Origin: Vicugna vicugna
Taxonomy: Eukaryota
Length of the DNA stretch: 64,000 nt
Assembly: GCA_013265495.1 (NCBI GenBank)
Contig: MU058463.1
Location: forward strand, 868,001-932,000
Direction of reading: 5' to 3'
This document shows positions 44,650 to 57,949 of this stretch, in pieces; positions within the stretch are counted from its first letter, which is position 1, and every line of letters starts with the position of its first letter. The notes beneath the pieces were generated by a model. The model did no database searches. It was not told where the DNA came from and worked only from the letters and a program-made list of their open reading frames with translations. The position numbers and the translations under genes are program-made.

Positions 44650-45015
44650 TGCCCATCACACAGTTTCTTTTCCCTAATATTATTGCCTTGTATTACAGAG
44701 GGACATTTGTCAAAACTAAAAACAAACAAACAAAAAACACAAAAAAATGATGTTCATGTGTTACTATTATCAAAATGTAAAACTGTTCAAATTTCACCAG
44801 TTTTTCCATGAGTATCCTTTTCGTTCTCTAGGAACCAGTCAGAGCACCATGTTGCATTTAGTTGTCAATCTCCTTTGTTTCCTCCGGTCTGTGAAAGGGT
44901 CTTAGTCTTTCCCTGTTTTTCATGATCTTAACAGTTTTGAGGATGACTAGTCAGGTACTGTGTCCCTCACTTTAGGTTTGTTTAGAGTTTTTCTCATGAT
45001 TAGACTGGAGTTACT
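44650..45015 (-). mobile_element. L1MC-type 3' fragment (largely duplicated at 46625-46967)
   Basis: 'ttcaaatttcaccagtttttcca...ccatgttgcatttagttgtca...ttttctcatgattagactggagtta'. Confidence 0.7.
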
Positions 45016-48000
45016 ATTATCATTATTTTGGGAAAAAATTTAAATTTCTGTAAAGACTATCATAATATATACTTATTTTATACCTATGCACCATAGAATG
45101 TCTTCTATGAAGAAACTTCTCTCTATACTAATTTCTCTCTCTCTCGTCTTTCTCTCTGTCAATGTCTCTCTTTCTACTCTTACCCCCCATAATCCTCTTT
45201 CCTTCTTCATCTGTTTTTTTTTGCACTTATTTATATATATTTTAATTGTTTATATGTACATAATCTGTTTTTTCCATTCATGTAATTAGTCAAACATATA
45301 TTTCTGGAGCATCCTATTTGTAAGGCCATCTGCATCCTGCTAGACATACAACAGTGAACAAATAGTATATCTGACTACATGAGAGTTAAATTCATAAAAG
45401 AAGATATAAATATCAAATAATTAGGTAAATTGAGCGTGTTAGTTGGTAGTGAAGATTACAGAGAAATCAAAATCAGGTGGATGGAATGCTAATTTAAATA
45501 GTATGGTCAGTGAATTATTTATAAAATGATTTTTGGGAGGAGGGAACAGAATGAATAGAGAGAATATTGCGTGGAAATACATGAGGAAGTCTATGTAGAA
45601 GGAACACTAGTTTTGGTTGTCCGTTAATAAAGAAGTGCTTTTGTGCTTAAAGGCCATCAAAAAGGATAATGTGGCTGGATGGCAAGGACAGGATGAGCAG
45701 TCAAAGTTGAGTCCTGATTCAAGTTCAAATCAAGTAAGTTCTTGTAGGCTAGTTTATGGACTTGTACTGTGAGTAAGATGGGATGCTATTAAAAGGTTTG
45801 GTTAATATGTAACTTAGATTTTTTTAAATTACCATTTGGAAAAACCTAGATGTGGATGAGTGGACAGCAAGGGAAAATTCAGAGAGAGAAGCTAGGAGGT
45901 ATTGCAATAATCCAGCTGAGGAACAGTGGTGGATTGTACAAGTGTATTAGTAATAGAATGATGGTGGTCAGATTCTGGATAAATTGTTAGGTTAGACCCA
46001 ACAAAATGTATTGATGGAATGAATCAAAGATGCTCTCAGATCTTTGGACCTAAACTAATACAACAACAATTACCTTACTATTTACTGGGAAGGGAAAGAG
46101 TTCAAAACATTTCAGAAAAAGAGAGAGACTTTAGTAAAGTGAAGATAAGCATTGAGATTTTGAAATTTGGGACATTTTCAGTTTGTGATACTTACTAGAC
46201 CTAACTGAAAATGTCATTTAGGCAGTTGGTTATGATTCTAGAGTTGATTAGAGGTTCCTTCTGAGAGTATAAACTTGAGATTCATCAAAATGTAAATAAA
46301 ATTTAAAGCATGCATTCTCAAAAGGGGTGATATCTCCCTCAAGTAAGTGAAAACTGATTCTAAGAGGATGAAAAATCTTTGATATTATGGTGTTCTGCAG
46401 AGTTCCATAGCTCAAACCTGTATGACAAATTCTTAGTCTTAATATGTAATTTCTCTCATTAGGGAGAAGGTAATTCAATATAACTTTCCTCCTTAGGGAG
46501 ATATTAATGGAAAAATGTTTTAGAAACACTGATTTAAATTTAAAAAACTAGACCTGATTATCTAAAATATGAGTTTAGATAAAGAATAGAAAACTCTGAA
46601 GAATGATCCCTAGGTACCATAAAACCTAATATTATTGCCTTGTATTACAGAGGGACATTTGTCAAAACTAAAAACAAACAAACAAAAAACACAAAAAAAT
46701 GATGTTCATGTGTTACTATTATCAAAATGTAAAACTGTTCAAATTTCACCAGTTTTTCCATGAGTATCCTTTTCGTTCTCTAGGAACCAGTCAGAGCACC
46801 ATGTTGCATTTAGTTGTCAATCTCCTTTGTTTCCTCCGGTCTGTGAAAGGGTCTTAGTCTTTCCCTGTTTTTCATGATCTTAACAGTTTTGAGGATGACT
46901 AGTCAGGTACTGTGTCCCTCACTTTAGGTTTGTTTAGAGTTTTTCTCATGATTAGACTGGAGTTACTATTATCATTATTTTGGGAAAAAATTTAAATTTC
47001 TGTAAAGACTATCATAATATATACTTATTTTATACCTATGCACCATAGAATGTCTTCTATGAAGAAACTTCTCTCTATACTAATTTCTCTCTCTCTCGTC
47101 TTTCTCTCTGTCAATGTCTCTCTTTCTACTCTTACCCCCCATAATCCTCTTTCCTTCTTCATCTGTTTTTTTTTGCACTTATTTATATATATTTTAATTG
47201 TTTATATGTACATAATCTGTTTTTTCCATTCATGTAATTAGTCAAACATATATTTCTGGAGCATCCTATTTGTAAGGCCATCTGCATCCTGCTAGACATA
47301 CAACAGTGAACAAATAGTATATCTGACTACATGAGAGTTAAATTCATAAAAGAAGATATAAATATCAAATAATTAGGTAAATTGAGCGTGTTAGTTGGTA
47401 GTGAAGATTACAGAGAAATCAAAATCAGGTGGATGGAATGCTAATTTAAATAGTATGGTCAGTGAATTATTTATAAAATGATTTTTGGGAGGAGGGAACA
47501 GAATGAATAGAGAGAATATTGCGTGGAAATACATGAGGAAGTCTATGTAGAAGGAACACTAGTTTTGGTTGTCCGTTAATAAAGAAGTGCTTTTGTGCTT
47601 AAAGGCCATCAAAAAGGATAATGTGGCTGGATGGCAAGGACAGGATGAGCAGTCAAAGTTGAGTCCTGATTCAAGTTCAAATCAAGTAAGTTCTTGTAGG
47701 CTAGTTTATGGACTTGTACTGTGAGTAAGATGGGATGCTATTAAAAGGTTTGGTTAATATGTAACTTAGATTTTTTTAAATTACCATTTGGAAAAACCTA
47801 GATGTGGATGAGTGGACAGCAAGGGAAAATTCAGAGAGAGAAGCTAGGAGGTATTGCAATAATCCAGCTGAGGAACAGTGGTGGATTGTACAAGTGTATT
47901 AGTAATAGAATGATGGTGGTCAGATTCTGGATAAATTGTTAGGTTAGACCCAACAAAATGTATTGATGGAATGAATCAAAGATGCTCTCAGATCTTTGGA

Positions 48001-48575
48001 CCTAAACTAATACAACAACAATTACCTTACTATTTACTGGGAAGGGAAAGAGTTCAAAACATTTCAGAAAAAGAGAGAGACTTTAGTAAAGTGAAGATAA
48101 GCATTGAGATTTTGAAATTTGGGACATTTTCAGTTTGTGATACTTACTAGACCTAACTGAAAATGTCATTTAGGCAGTTGGTTATGATTCTAGAGTTGAT
48201 TAGAGGTTCCTTCTGAGAGTATAAACTTGAGATTCATCAAAATGTAAATAAAATTTAAAGCATGCATTCTCAAAAGGGGTGATATCTCCCTCAAGTAAGT
48301 GAAAACTGATTCTAAGAGGATGAAAAATCTTTGATATTATGGTGTTCTGCAGAGTTCCATAGCTCAAACCTGTATGACAAATTCTTAGTCTTAATATGTA
48401 ATTTCTCTCATTAGGGAGAAGGTAATTCAATATAACTTTCCTCCTTAGGGAGATATTAATGGAAAAATGTTTTAGAAACACTGATTTAAATTTAAAAAAC
48501 TAGACCTGATTATCTAAAATATGAGTTTAGATAAAGAATAGAAAACTCTGAAGAATGATCCCTAGGTACCATAAA
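44673..48575. repeat. Tandem duplication of 1,951 bp (44673-46623 and 46625-48575)
   Basis: Constant offset of 1952; identical ORFs 45086/47038 and 46248/48200; no mismatch seen in the segments compared by eye. Confidence 0.97.
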
Positions 48576-49930
48576 TTATAGATGTTGGAAAAATAATAAA
48601 GAACTAGTAAATGAAGAATAATTGGCCAGGGAGGTAGCAAGAGAACAGAGTGGTATCCTACATATCAGGTGAAGATGTTTTTCAAGAAAGGAGGAATAAT
48701 ATTCTATGTGAAGTGCTGTAGAAAATAGAATGAGGAAAACCTAATGGGTAATTATTTTCAGTGTTTTATTGGGAAGGAAACGGGAAAAATCACATTAAAT
48801 GGAGGATTATGTTTATTTGGGTTTTTTTTTGGTCAATAATGAGATATTACTGTGTATCTGTATGCTTATGATAATAATGCAATAGAGAGGGTAGAGTGAT
48901 AAGAACAGAAGAGGAGTCAATATCTGGATCAATATACTGTAGTAATTAAGTATTGATTCCAATCAATGTGAAGGTTTGGCATTAGCTATAAGCACAATTA
49001 CAAGATCCTTAATTACAGGTGAGATAAAAACAATACAATACAGCCACAGAGGAAGATATGTTGATATATGGCAGTGAGAATCCTTGGAACTCTTTTTCAT
49101 TGCTTATATATTCTCTACAAAATAAAAATAGTCATTAAGTGAGAGTGAAGAGGAAAAAGTGTGTGTTGGAGTTTTGAAGAGAGATGAGAAGGCATGAAAT
49201 CAACTTCAAGGAGAAGAGAAAAATTAACTAGGAAAATATAATGTAATTCCAGGTCGTTTTGGTGTCGCACTTGAGATAAAGGATAATTAACTAAAGTGAG
49301 CTGAATTAGTATGTATGTTTTCCTCTGGCCACATTAAGCTGCTTAAGCAGAGGCTGAGCATATGTGGAATTTTGTATTTGTTTTTATTTTCGGAGAAAGA
49401 AGAAAATAAGTTGAGGATTATGCAATAAAGTGATTGTAATCATGGACAGTAAGGAATCTAGGATGCGTAAAAAAGAAATGAAAACGTGAAGGAACAGGGT
49501 TGAGAAGAGTTGGGAAGATCAGTGGATGGCATATACTAGAGGAACTGAGAAATTATTGGAAGTCAGTTGTGGTGTTGGCATGGAAAAATAGAAGGTGATA
49601 CTTAGATATTAGGGTATTTGAAATTAGATTCTGAGAAAGTATTAGGTGTTGGTAATGTCAAATTCTAGAACATTAGTAGGTATATCAAGGACCCGGGTTA
49701 GATGGAAGACCAATTCATATAAGGGAGAAGTTCAGGATTCTAAGAACAATTGATACTGAAAGACTATGTGCTTGGTTATTAAAACACCAAGAACCATGAC
49801 AGAGTCATGTTGGTAATAGTAAAACCTTAAAAGAATGAGGGTAATTAAAGTTAAAGTCTGTAGATTCCAAAAAGAAAAATGTAGATATGATAACATGAAT
49901 CTTAACACTGGGGACTTTTAGGGAGAAGGG
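45272..49930 (-). mobile_element. Ancient L2 element, partly duplicated by the 1.95-kb duplication and interrupted by a hAT MITE
   Basis: Reversed L2 3' end 'ttccattcat...caaacatatatttctggagcatcctat...acagtgaacaaa' followed by purine-rich L2-like body continuing beyond 48576. Confidence 0.6.
46309..46531. mobile_element. hAT-Charlie-type MITE (second copy at 48261-48483)
   Basis: Imperfect TIRs catgcattctcaa / ttagaaacactg; 8-bp TSD atttaaag (46301-46308) / atttaaat (46532-46539). Confidence 0.65.
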
Positions 49931-52900
49931 TTTATAATTGGCTACAAACAGTAATGTGTTTTCATTCTCTGCTAAATTTCCTATGTCTAGCATAGTTCCT
50001 GGAATTTAGTAAGATCTCTTCAAACATTTCTTAAATGAATGAAACTGTTAATGCATCTGTAAAATAAAAGAAATTGATAGTAATTCTTAAAGTAATTCCT
50101 AGTTCTAAAATTTTAACATTTATACATATGAATATTATTCAATATGTGCAGTACTTAGTAATGGGTATAATGAAAATAATGCTTAACAATTTGTACAACA
50201 TCTAGCTTTACCTCACCCCAGTCCAATTATTACTTTAATGAAGTCCTATGCCATTATCTCTACTTCAGTAGGCATTGGGCTCAGCACAATAGTAAGTCAT
50301 TTTTAGTGCTGTTTTGGATTACTATAAAGATAACACTGGGTAGATTTTTAAGTTTTTGAACACCAATCTTGGAGGTAGGTTTCCTAACATCACTTACTGG
50401 TCTTAGATGCTTTATTATTCTAATTCTCACCAAATTAGAATCCTACTAATAGCTTACCACATCTTTCCCCAGTGGACACTCAGAATCTCAGAGTTTGCTT
50501 CAAAAAGGTCTAAACATATATCCCTATATTCTGCTCACTTTTACTTTCACCTAATTTTGATCTACTAGTGTTGAAGTCCTTATTTTTATAATTATACCTC
50601 TTCTTGCTGGTCTCTGGATTCAAAACATTAACTTACACTTACAATGCTATATAAAACTCTGGCTTCGTCTACATTCCAATCTGCCTTACTTAGTCCTCTG
50701 TGTTGTACTATGACTGCTTATAACAGTCATGATCACGACAAAGGTAAAGATCTCTTTAGGGAATATTTTTGTGGGACACAAAAGGAAAATGTGTAATGTA
50801 TACCAGCAAATGTCCAAATAAAATTTTTATTTTCTTTAACAGTCCTTTAACCCACAACATACCAACAGTATATGGTGACATGTATAAATGGCACAAAGAA
50901 GTCAATCTAGGTTTCAGAATTGACAAAAGTATTCCAGGAGGAAAACATACATAGTAACTCTGTTTAACACTATGTAGGCAGCAGAGGAAGATCTCCTTGA
51001 CACTGAAATTCTAAACTGCAAAAGAAAATAAGGAGTATCTAGTATACTCATCTGATTTACTAGACAAGGAAACTGAAGCTCAAGGTAGCATGTATTAGAG
51101 GCAAAAAAAGACTCATCCCTGGCTCTTGATGATTTTTTTCCATGTGGGAGGGATGTACATTAGTACTGAATTTGTGTTCTTCTTTCATATTCTCACTAAT
51201 TTCTCTCCTGGATGAATCAAAAATCAGCTGTGCATGATCATCTCAATCCCTTTCTCTCTCCTCACTCTCAGAATCTGACTCTCCACTAGAATCATGTTTT
51301 TTTCTCTGTTTGTCTATGTGGAAATTTTACAATATCTTTAACTGCTAAATCCAAAATTCCTTCTAGTATGTTTTAAAATGGCTTTCTGGCATACTTGTAA
51401 CTTTTTCCAAGCTTCTCTCTTAAATTTGGTTCTCCTTTTGTTCTTTTCTCCTTAATATCACTTACATCAATTTGGGTCAATTGTTCTCCCTGTTTTCCCT
51501 TAAATATCCACATTCCCTAAAAAGTCATCATAGGGGATGGCTAGGAATACAATCTCTGTACTTATGAGATGTGAGAAATTGAGCCAGTGGCTTAATTCTT
51601 TTTGTGGTTGCATTTTCACATGTGTAAAACGAGCCTAATAAATGCAAAAGTACTACAGTGACATTTACTGGTCATCCTTCTGCATTAAAGAGATCATAGT
51701 TCCCCCATAGCTCCTAGAACACTGGCAAATGGACAATCTCAGGATCTTTCTAATATTTTCTCTACCCTACCCCAAGGATGCAGATATATTATTTACACCA
51801 TCCTAGGAAGCTGAACCACATGAATGATCTTATTTTTTGCAATGGAGCACCTCTTCCACAAAAGGTTCTAATGGTATGACCAAAGGAGAAAATGAACCTG
51901 CTTTTCCACACTTCATGGAAAATACACTGATATATATATATTTTTAAATTACTGTGCAGAAGCATTTTTAGTGTTAATAATGTACAAAAGTTGCATTTAA
52001 AAAAAAAGAGCTTTGATAAAAAGTGTATTCATTTGTATGTCACAATGGCAATTTTCTTTGTTTATTTCTAATTTGTTCAATTTTTTACATACTTAGACAA
52101 AGCATTAAACTCTAGGAGATGATGTGACACCATGGTACATGTATGGCTTTTAGATGAGAAGACAAAAACTTTGTAATGGCCATAGTGTATCTTTGTAGAG
52201 CACCCATTCTTCGCCCTTTTCTGTGGAAATAGTAGTGTTAAAGCATTGAGTTTTGTGGAGAGTTTCTCTCTGGAAACAAGAAGGAATTGAAAAGGTCATT
52301 TTTCTTTGTTAAGAATAATATTGATATTAGAGAACTCCATGAATGGAAGTTAACCATTTTACATAAAAATGGCAGTTATTTGTTATTTTAAAAATTATAG
52401 TCTTTATCTGTTCTTTTTGTTCATTAGCTAGAGTTATGAATTTCCTATTTTGAAACCAGTCAAATCAATTCTACTGTTCTTTTGATTAATAAAATTAAAT
52501 GTTAATCTTGACAGGAACATTAGTTTCTTTAGGGACAATCGTCAGGATGTTTTTTAGAAATATATTTATATAAAACATGAATTTTTGGCTACTACATTAA
52601 ATACTCACTAATATATTAGTATGAATATGATATTAGTGGTTTAAAATACAATTTAGAGATAAACTCATTTCTAGCACTTGCTTTTTGAAAATAAAATTTT
52701 CGATACCTACCGAAAATAATTAGAGCCATCTAAAAATGAGGTCAAGCTATGTGCTCTAATCGATCAGCAATCTGGCAGTAATGGTGTCTGTAAGAAATAC
52801 ATCAAACTAATGAGCAGCTAAGAGACATGAGAATAACTCTTGGTGCTTCAGATCTAGACTTTCAATGGCTGTCTGAAATACTTCAAAGACTAGGAGCATT

Positions 52901-53776
52901 AATTTTTTTGACTAAGTCCTTGAAATAAATGTCTTGAATACTTTTTCTTTGCAGTTGAAAATCAAATCAAAGCAATTTTAATTGAAATATTTATTGTAAA
53001 AACAAATATTTCTGAATATGTGAAAGTGAGTATCATTGTACTCCGTTCTCTCGGTGACTTGCTCGATAAATATACTGTAGGTGGAACAGAGGCTTGAAGA
53101 CTTCCCAAACCTTTCTCTTTGGCATAATTTATACTTATACATAAATGAAAAAAAAATAGTTCATAGCACTTATAGCTTATAATTTTCAAACATATTTTAA
53201 TGCTTCAAATTTCCATGGACAAGCCCTTGTCTAATATGCATGGTGTTTCATCAATCTAATTGATAAAATGTGCAATTCTTTTCACTTTTCTCCTGAAGAA
53301 TAATGTTACATTCAGGATTTAGGTTGAGCGTTTATGCCAGAGCAGCCCTTAGGTTAAATTAAGAATTATTGTCATTATTCATACTTAACATGTATGATAA
53401 CTATAGAAGAGTAATAGAAATAATTATAGCTAACAGTTTTTAAGAATTGCGATATTCCAGAAAGTATTTTATATGCATTAAACTAAAACAACCATATGAG
53501 ATAGCTTCTATTAGTATTTTCATTTTTCAGTGAGATGTAGCATGATAAAGTATCTTGGCAAAACATATTCAGTTGGTAAGTAGTGAAAGTCTGTTTTGTT
53601 CCTAAGTCATCTAGATCCATGCTGACACTTTATTTGATCATGCAGTGCTATCTTGTATCTGTTAGCGCTTTAGGAGAAACTTAGAGTCATCTTTTGAGAA
53701 ACCTAAACGACAGGATCTCTTGCTATTCCAAGAATCTACTTCTGTTATTTCCACTTTAAAAATGGTGGGGTATAGA

Positions 53777-53991
53777 TCTGCATTGTTCTAGAGAACTTCC
53801 TGGAGTGATGCAAATGTTCTCTAATCTGCACTCTCCAATATTGTTACTAGCCACATGTGGCTATTGATCAGTGAAAATGTAACTGGTGCATCTGAGAAAC
53901 TAAGTTTAAAATTTTGTCTAATTTTAATTAATATAAACTTAAATTTAAATAGCCACATATTGCCAGAGACTATCGAATTGAAGAATGATAG
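53777..53991 (+). mobile_element. MER3-like hAT-Charlie MITE
   Basis: 'agaacttcctggagtgatgcaaatgttct...actagccacatgtggctattga...aaatttaaatagccacat'. Confidence 0.8.
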
Positions 53992-56926
53992 TCTAGACTT
54001 CCTGGTCTAGACAGATTTATCCAAGAGGCTACTCATAACAGAAACAGTATCTAAGCTAATTTGCCTTGAAATTCATGTTCCTGCTCTTACTGACAGATTG
54101 GTTCTTATTCCAGAAATCCAAACTTGATTGCAGTTCCGATCTTTCCTTAATTCTCTATCCACAATCCTGAGAATGATGGCATTAATATATTAAAGAAAGT
54201 GAAGATCAAAGACAGTAATTATGGTCTAAAGACAGGGGTGGGTCAAATAAAGGGACAATTTAGATGGGCTCTCCAAAAATTTGAGGATTAGGGAATATAA
54301 GTGCCAGGTTCTTCTACCAATGTGATGGCACAGATGGTTCTTTTCTTCTGTCTCCTCAAAGAAGCTTTTATTCACTTCCTTCTCAGTGCTAATTGGTACT
54401 GCTTTAAACTAGGTTCTCTATAGAATAGAATCAGTCTCATTAACTTGAACCAATTTTCCTTTGACTAGAGTTAACACAGCTTTTTGAAATGTCAATGCAA
54501 TTGCTATAAGGAAAGGGAAACTAACTGAAGAAAAAATGCTTTCTTTTATACTACCTTTTTCTAATTTTATTTTCACATAGGAAGAGACAACTTTGTTTAT
54601 ATATACTAATTATTACTTCCTGGTACATACAGTCTGAAGAAGCCTTCTGTCTTCATGGGAAAATCAGCTTCAGGTTATTGCAGAGGTTAAGGAAGTAGGG
54701 CATTTGAGGATGATTGGAAAAATACATATGACACACTTGAAAATGATGCCAATGATAATAGCAATGGATGAAAGGTAAGAAAAGAGATAGAGTATGTATT
54801 ATCATGACCTTAACTACTCTCCTCCTCATAGTTTAAGGTAAAAAGCAGGAATCCATTGACAGGGAAGTGACCAGATTTTAAGGCAACAGATATTTAGTAG
54901 AAGAGAAGCAAGTAGGAGAGTGTGATGTGGTGAATTAGAGGTATTTCACCAATTGTCTGCCACCATGAGTTTTAAGCATAGTATTTCTTTATGTCAGAAA
55001 GTTAGTTTAATAACATCTGAAATCTCTGGCTCCTAAATGAACGTCAGCAGTGTAGGGATTTCCTAATGCATGTATGTTCTTCAGTGTGCAGGACATAGCA
55101 TATTTACTACAAGTAAATATTGAAACATGTTTAAAGAGGTAGATATTAGAGCTTTGAGAGAACAATAAACAACATTATTAAATATGTCTAGGGCTCAGAA
55201 TTACAAATATAGAAATGCACTAAATTTGGAAGGAAAAATGACAAGGTATGGGCTTTACATGTGGATTTGTTCTGTTTCTCTTGCTACCTGCTTTCAATTG
55301 CTTAAGCTTAGAAATTTACTCTGATGTCATTCCTATAGCAGATGCAACACTCCCAAAGGAGAAGGGGTGTCATAGGCTCTTAGGAAGCAGGGTCTCCCTA
55401 CCAGTAAGACTTGTGTACCTTGGAAATTTCAAAGCCTTGGACTTAAACTTGTATATTCTGTCTGAATACAAGGATGTACAATAAGGTAAAAAATAAACAT
55501 GAAGGAGAGAAACAGAGAACACCAGCACTTGGGGAACCTAAAATTCCATGTTTCTGTGTTTTTAATATTCTTTTTTTCCTCTGATTTCTCAGTTTTTTCT
55601 CATAATATTTCTTCTATTTTTAGAAATAGAAATTAAATCCACAACAGAAAATCCCTGTATTGATTATCAAAATTATCAACCCAAAGATAATAAAATTTTT
55701 CCATATAAAATAAATTAAATTGCTTAATAATCAAGGTTTACACACTTGTGCAAATTATGTGTTTGCTGGACTTCTCATTGTATTCTAAAAATGGAGTGGA
55801 AGAAGTTCTTAGAAACTTTTAATATTTGTAAATTTCCATAGCAGCCTTGTACTTTATTCCTACTTAGAGGAATAATGAAGTAATCAAATGGGAAAACAAA
55901 AGTACTTTACATAAAACTTAAATAGGCTGAATGTATCAATATAGCAGCATATTTTTAGAGGAATTGCTGGTTGCTCTGAGAATTTCTGATTTATAGGAAA
56001 TATGTCATGACCTAAGTAAAAACAGGATCTGATTATTGATAAAGTGAAAATGCAATTAAAAAAATAAACCTGTGAGAAAAAATATGCTGAACTCTATTCA
56101 AAGTACATAATAGAACAAATTTAATGTGATTTATTATAACTCACAATGTGATATCTATTTTGGTTGTTATTGGACTTTGATTTATTGGTGGCTTATAATA
56201 ACATCCTCTCCATATGTTTTTCATTTCCATATATTTGATTTCAGACTTTTTACATCTTCCAATGTTTATATTTTCATCACCCTTTCTTGCATACTAATTC
56301 TACAATCTGTGTCATTTGGGTCTTGTTTATATTGATTCATTTTTTATTGGTTATGGGCATTAGTTTTATTGCTTTGTTGCCTGCCTAGTAATTTTTTATT
56401 GGATGCTAGACATTGGCTTTTTATGTTGCTGATAGGTAAATTTTGTTTCATTCCTTTAAATGTAGTTGGGATTTGTTCTGGATTACCAGAGAGTTATTTG
56501 GACTCAGGTATTTTTGAGGCTTGCTTTTAAACTTTTTAGGGTATGTCAGAGCAGTTTTTAATCTGGGGCTAATTTGTTCCCACCATGGAGGCAAAACTCT
56601 TCTGCAGAATCTGTTAGCAATACTCTCTATTCTGGTTCGTCAGAGCACAAGTGATTTCTGGTCTGTGTCTCTTGGAGATTTTTACCCCAAGTTGCTTCTA
56701 GATGTTCTTTCTTGGTCTTGGGTAGTTCCTCAACAATCATGTACAAGTTAATACTCAATAAAGTACTCATGGGACATCTTTGGAGATTTCAAAGATTCTC
56801 TCTCTCTCCCTCTCTTATTGTAGCTTTTTCCTTTAAAGTGTTTTGCTGTACGAATTCTAGCTGCCCTGGCCACCCAAAACTCTGATATCTGTTTCTTCCA
56901 GTCAATAAGGCTCTGCATTGAAACCT

Positions 56927-57390
56927 TGTTACTGAACCAAACCTGGGTTCACCTGCACACAGGAAAGCCAATCTACCGACACCAGTTTGTGGTGAAGGAA
57001 AGTGCATCATATATTGTAAGGTGCCATAAAAAAACTCCAGGGTAGCTAGTGTTCAGAAAGCCCAGACTCTCCAATGGGTTTCAGCAAAGCATTTTTAAAG
57101 GCAAGGCAATGAAGGGGAGTCATAGGATATGTGATCAACTTCTGCGCAATTTTCTGATTGGTTGATGGTGAGATAAAGTAAAAAAGAATGATAAATTATT
57201 GCAAATATTTCCTGGTTTCAGCCAAACTCCAAAGGGACATGTTAATTTCTTCCATTTGGTGGGGGTTTTAGCATCTGCAAAACAGCTCAGGAAATGTGCA
57301 TCAGATCCTGTTATCTGGGTACTTCAGAGAGGAGCTATATGAGGGAGGAACCTGTCCTGGGAAGGCCCCGTAGGGTCCCGCTCGATTATA
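56927..57390 (-). mobile_element. ERV1-type solo LTR with 4-bp TSD, inserted into an old L1M relic (~56200-57550)
   Basis: Starts tgttactgaacc, ends gattata; TSD acct at 56923-56926 and 57391-57394; minus-strand CCAAT (ctgattggtt). Confidence 0.85.
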
Positions 57391-57949
57391 ACCTGGATAC
57401 TCTTTACAGGCAAGAAACTGGTGCAGTCATAAAATTCATGTTCCTCCTTCCTGAAAACAATGTTTCATCTTTTTTTTTTTTCCTGGTTTTCTAGTTGTTT
57501 GGGGCAAAAGGTTAAATATAGTACCAATTGCTGCATCATATCTAGATGTGAAAATCTTAAATTAGTAATTTTATAAGTTTAATCTAAATAATACTACAAT
57601 ATAAGCAAACTGACTCTTGTAAATACCAATTACACATTTATTTATTGTGACCAAAAATGGAAGTAATCTAAGGATTAATTTTAGAGTGTACAATAACAAA
57701 TTATGATATAATACATTTCATAATGTATCATATAAGCCCTTAGGTATTTGTATATTATCTATACATCTCCAAATATGGAATTTTCACTATATTTAAATTA
57801 TCTCTTTTAATATCTGTGTATTCCAACTAATATTCATCACATTTATGATTTATTCCTATCCCTTAGTATTGAGCTTTACAATGGTATGCAGCAAGCAAAT
57901 AAACAAATCAGGAGCAATTAATAGGGCAATTATAGTATACTACATTATA

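Noticed and set aside
45086..47241. Duplicated 67-aa ORF with signal-peptide-like hydrophobic N-terminus
   Set aside because: Translation of a CT/T-rich low-complexity tract; it appears twice only because of the tandem duplication
54565..54785. Possible exon between 'ttttcacatag' and 'aag/gtaaga'
   Set aside because: No convincing open frame or recognisable peptide; such splice-like motifs are frequent by chance
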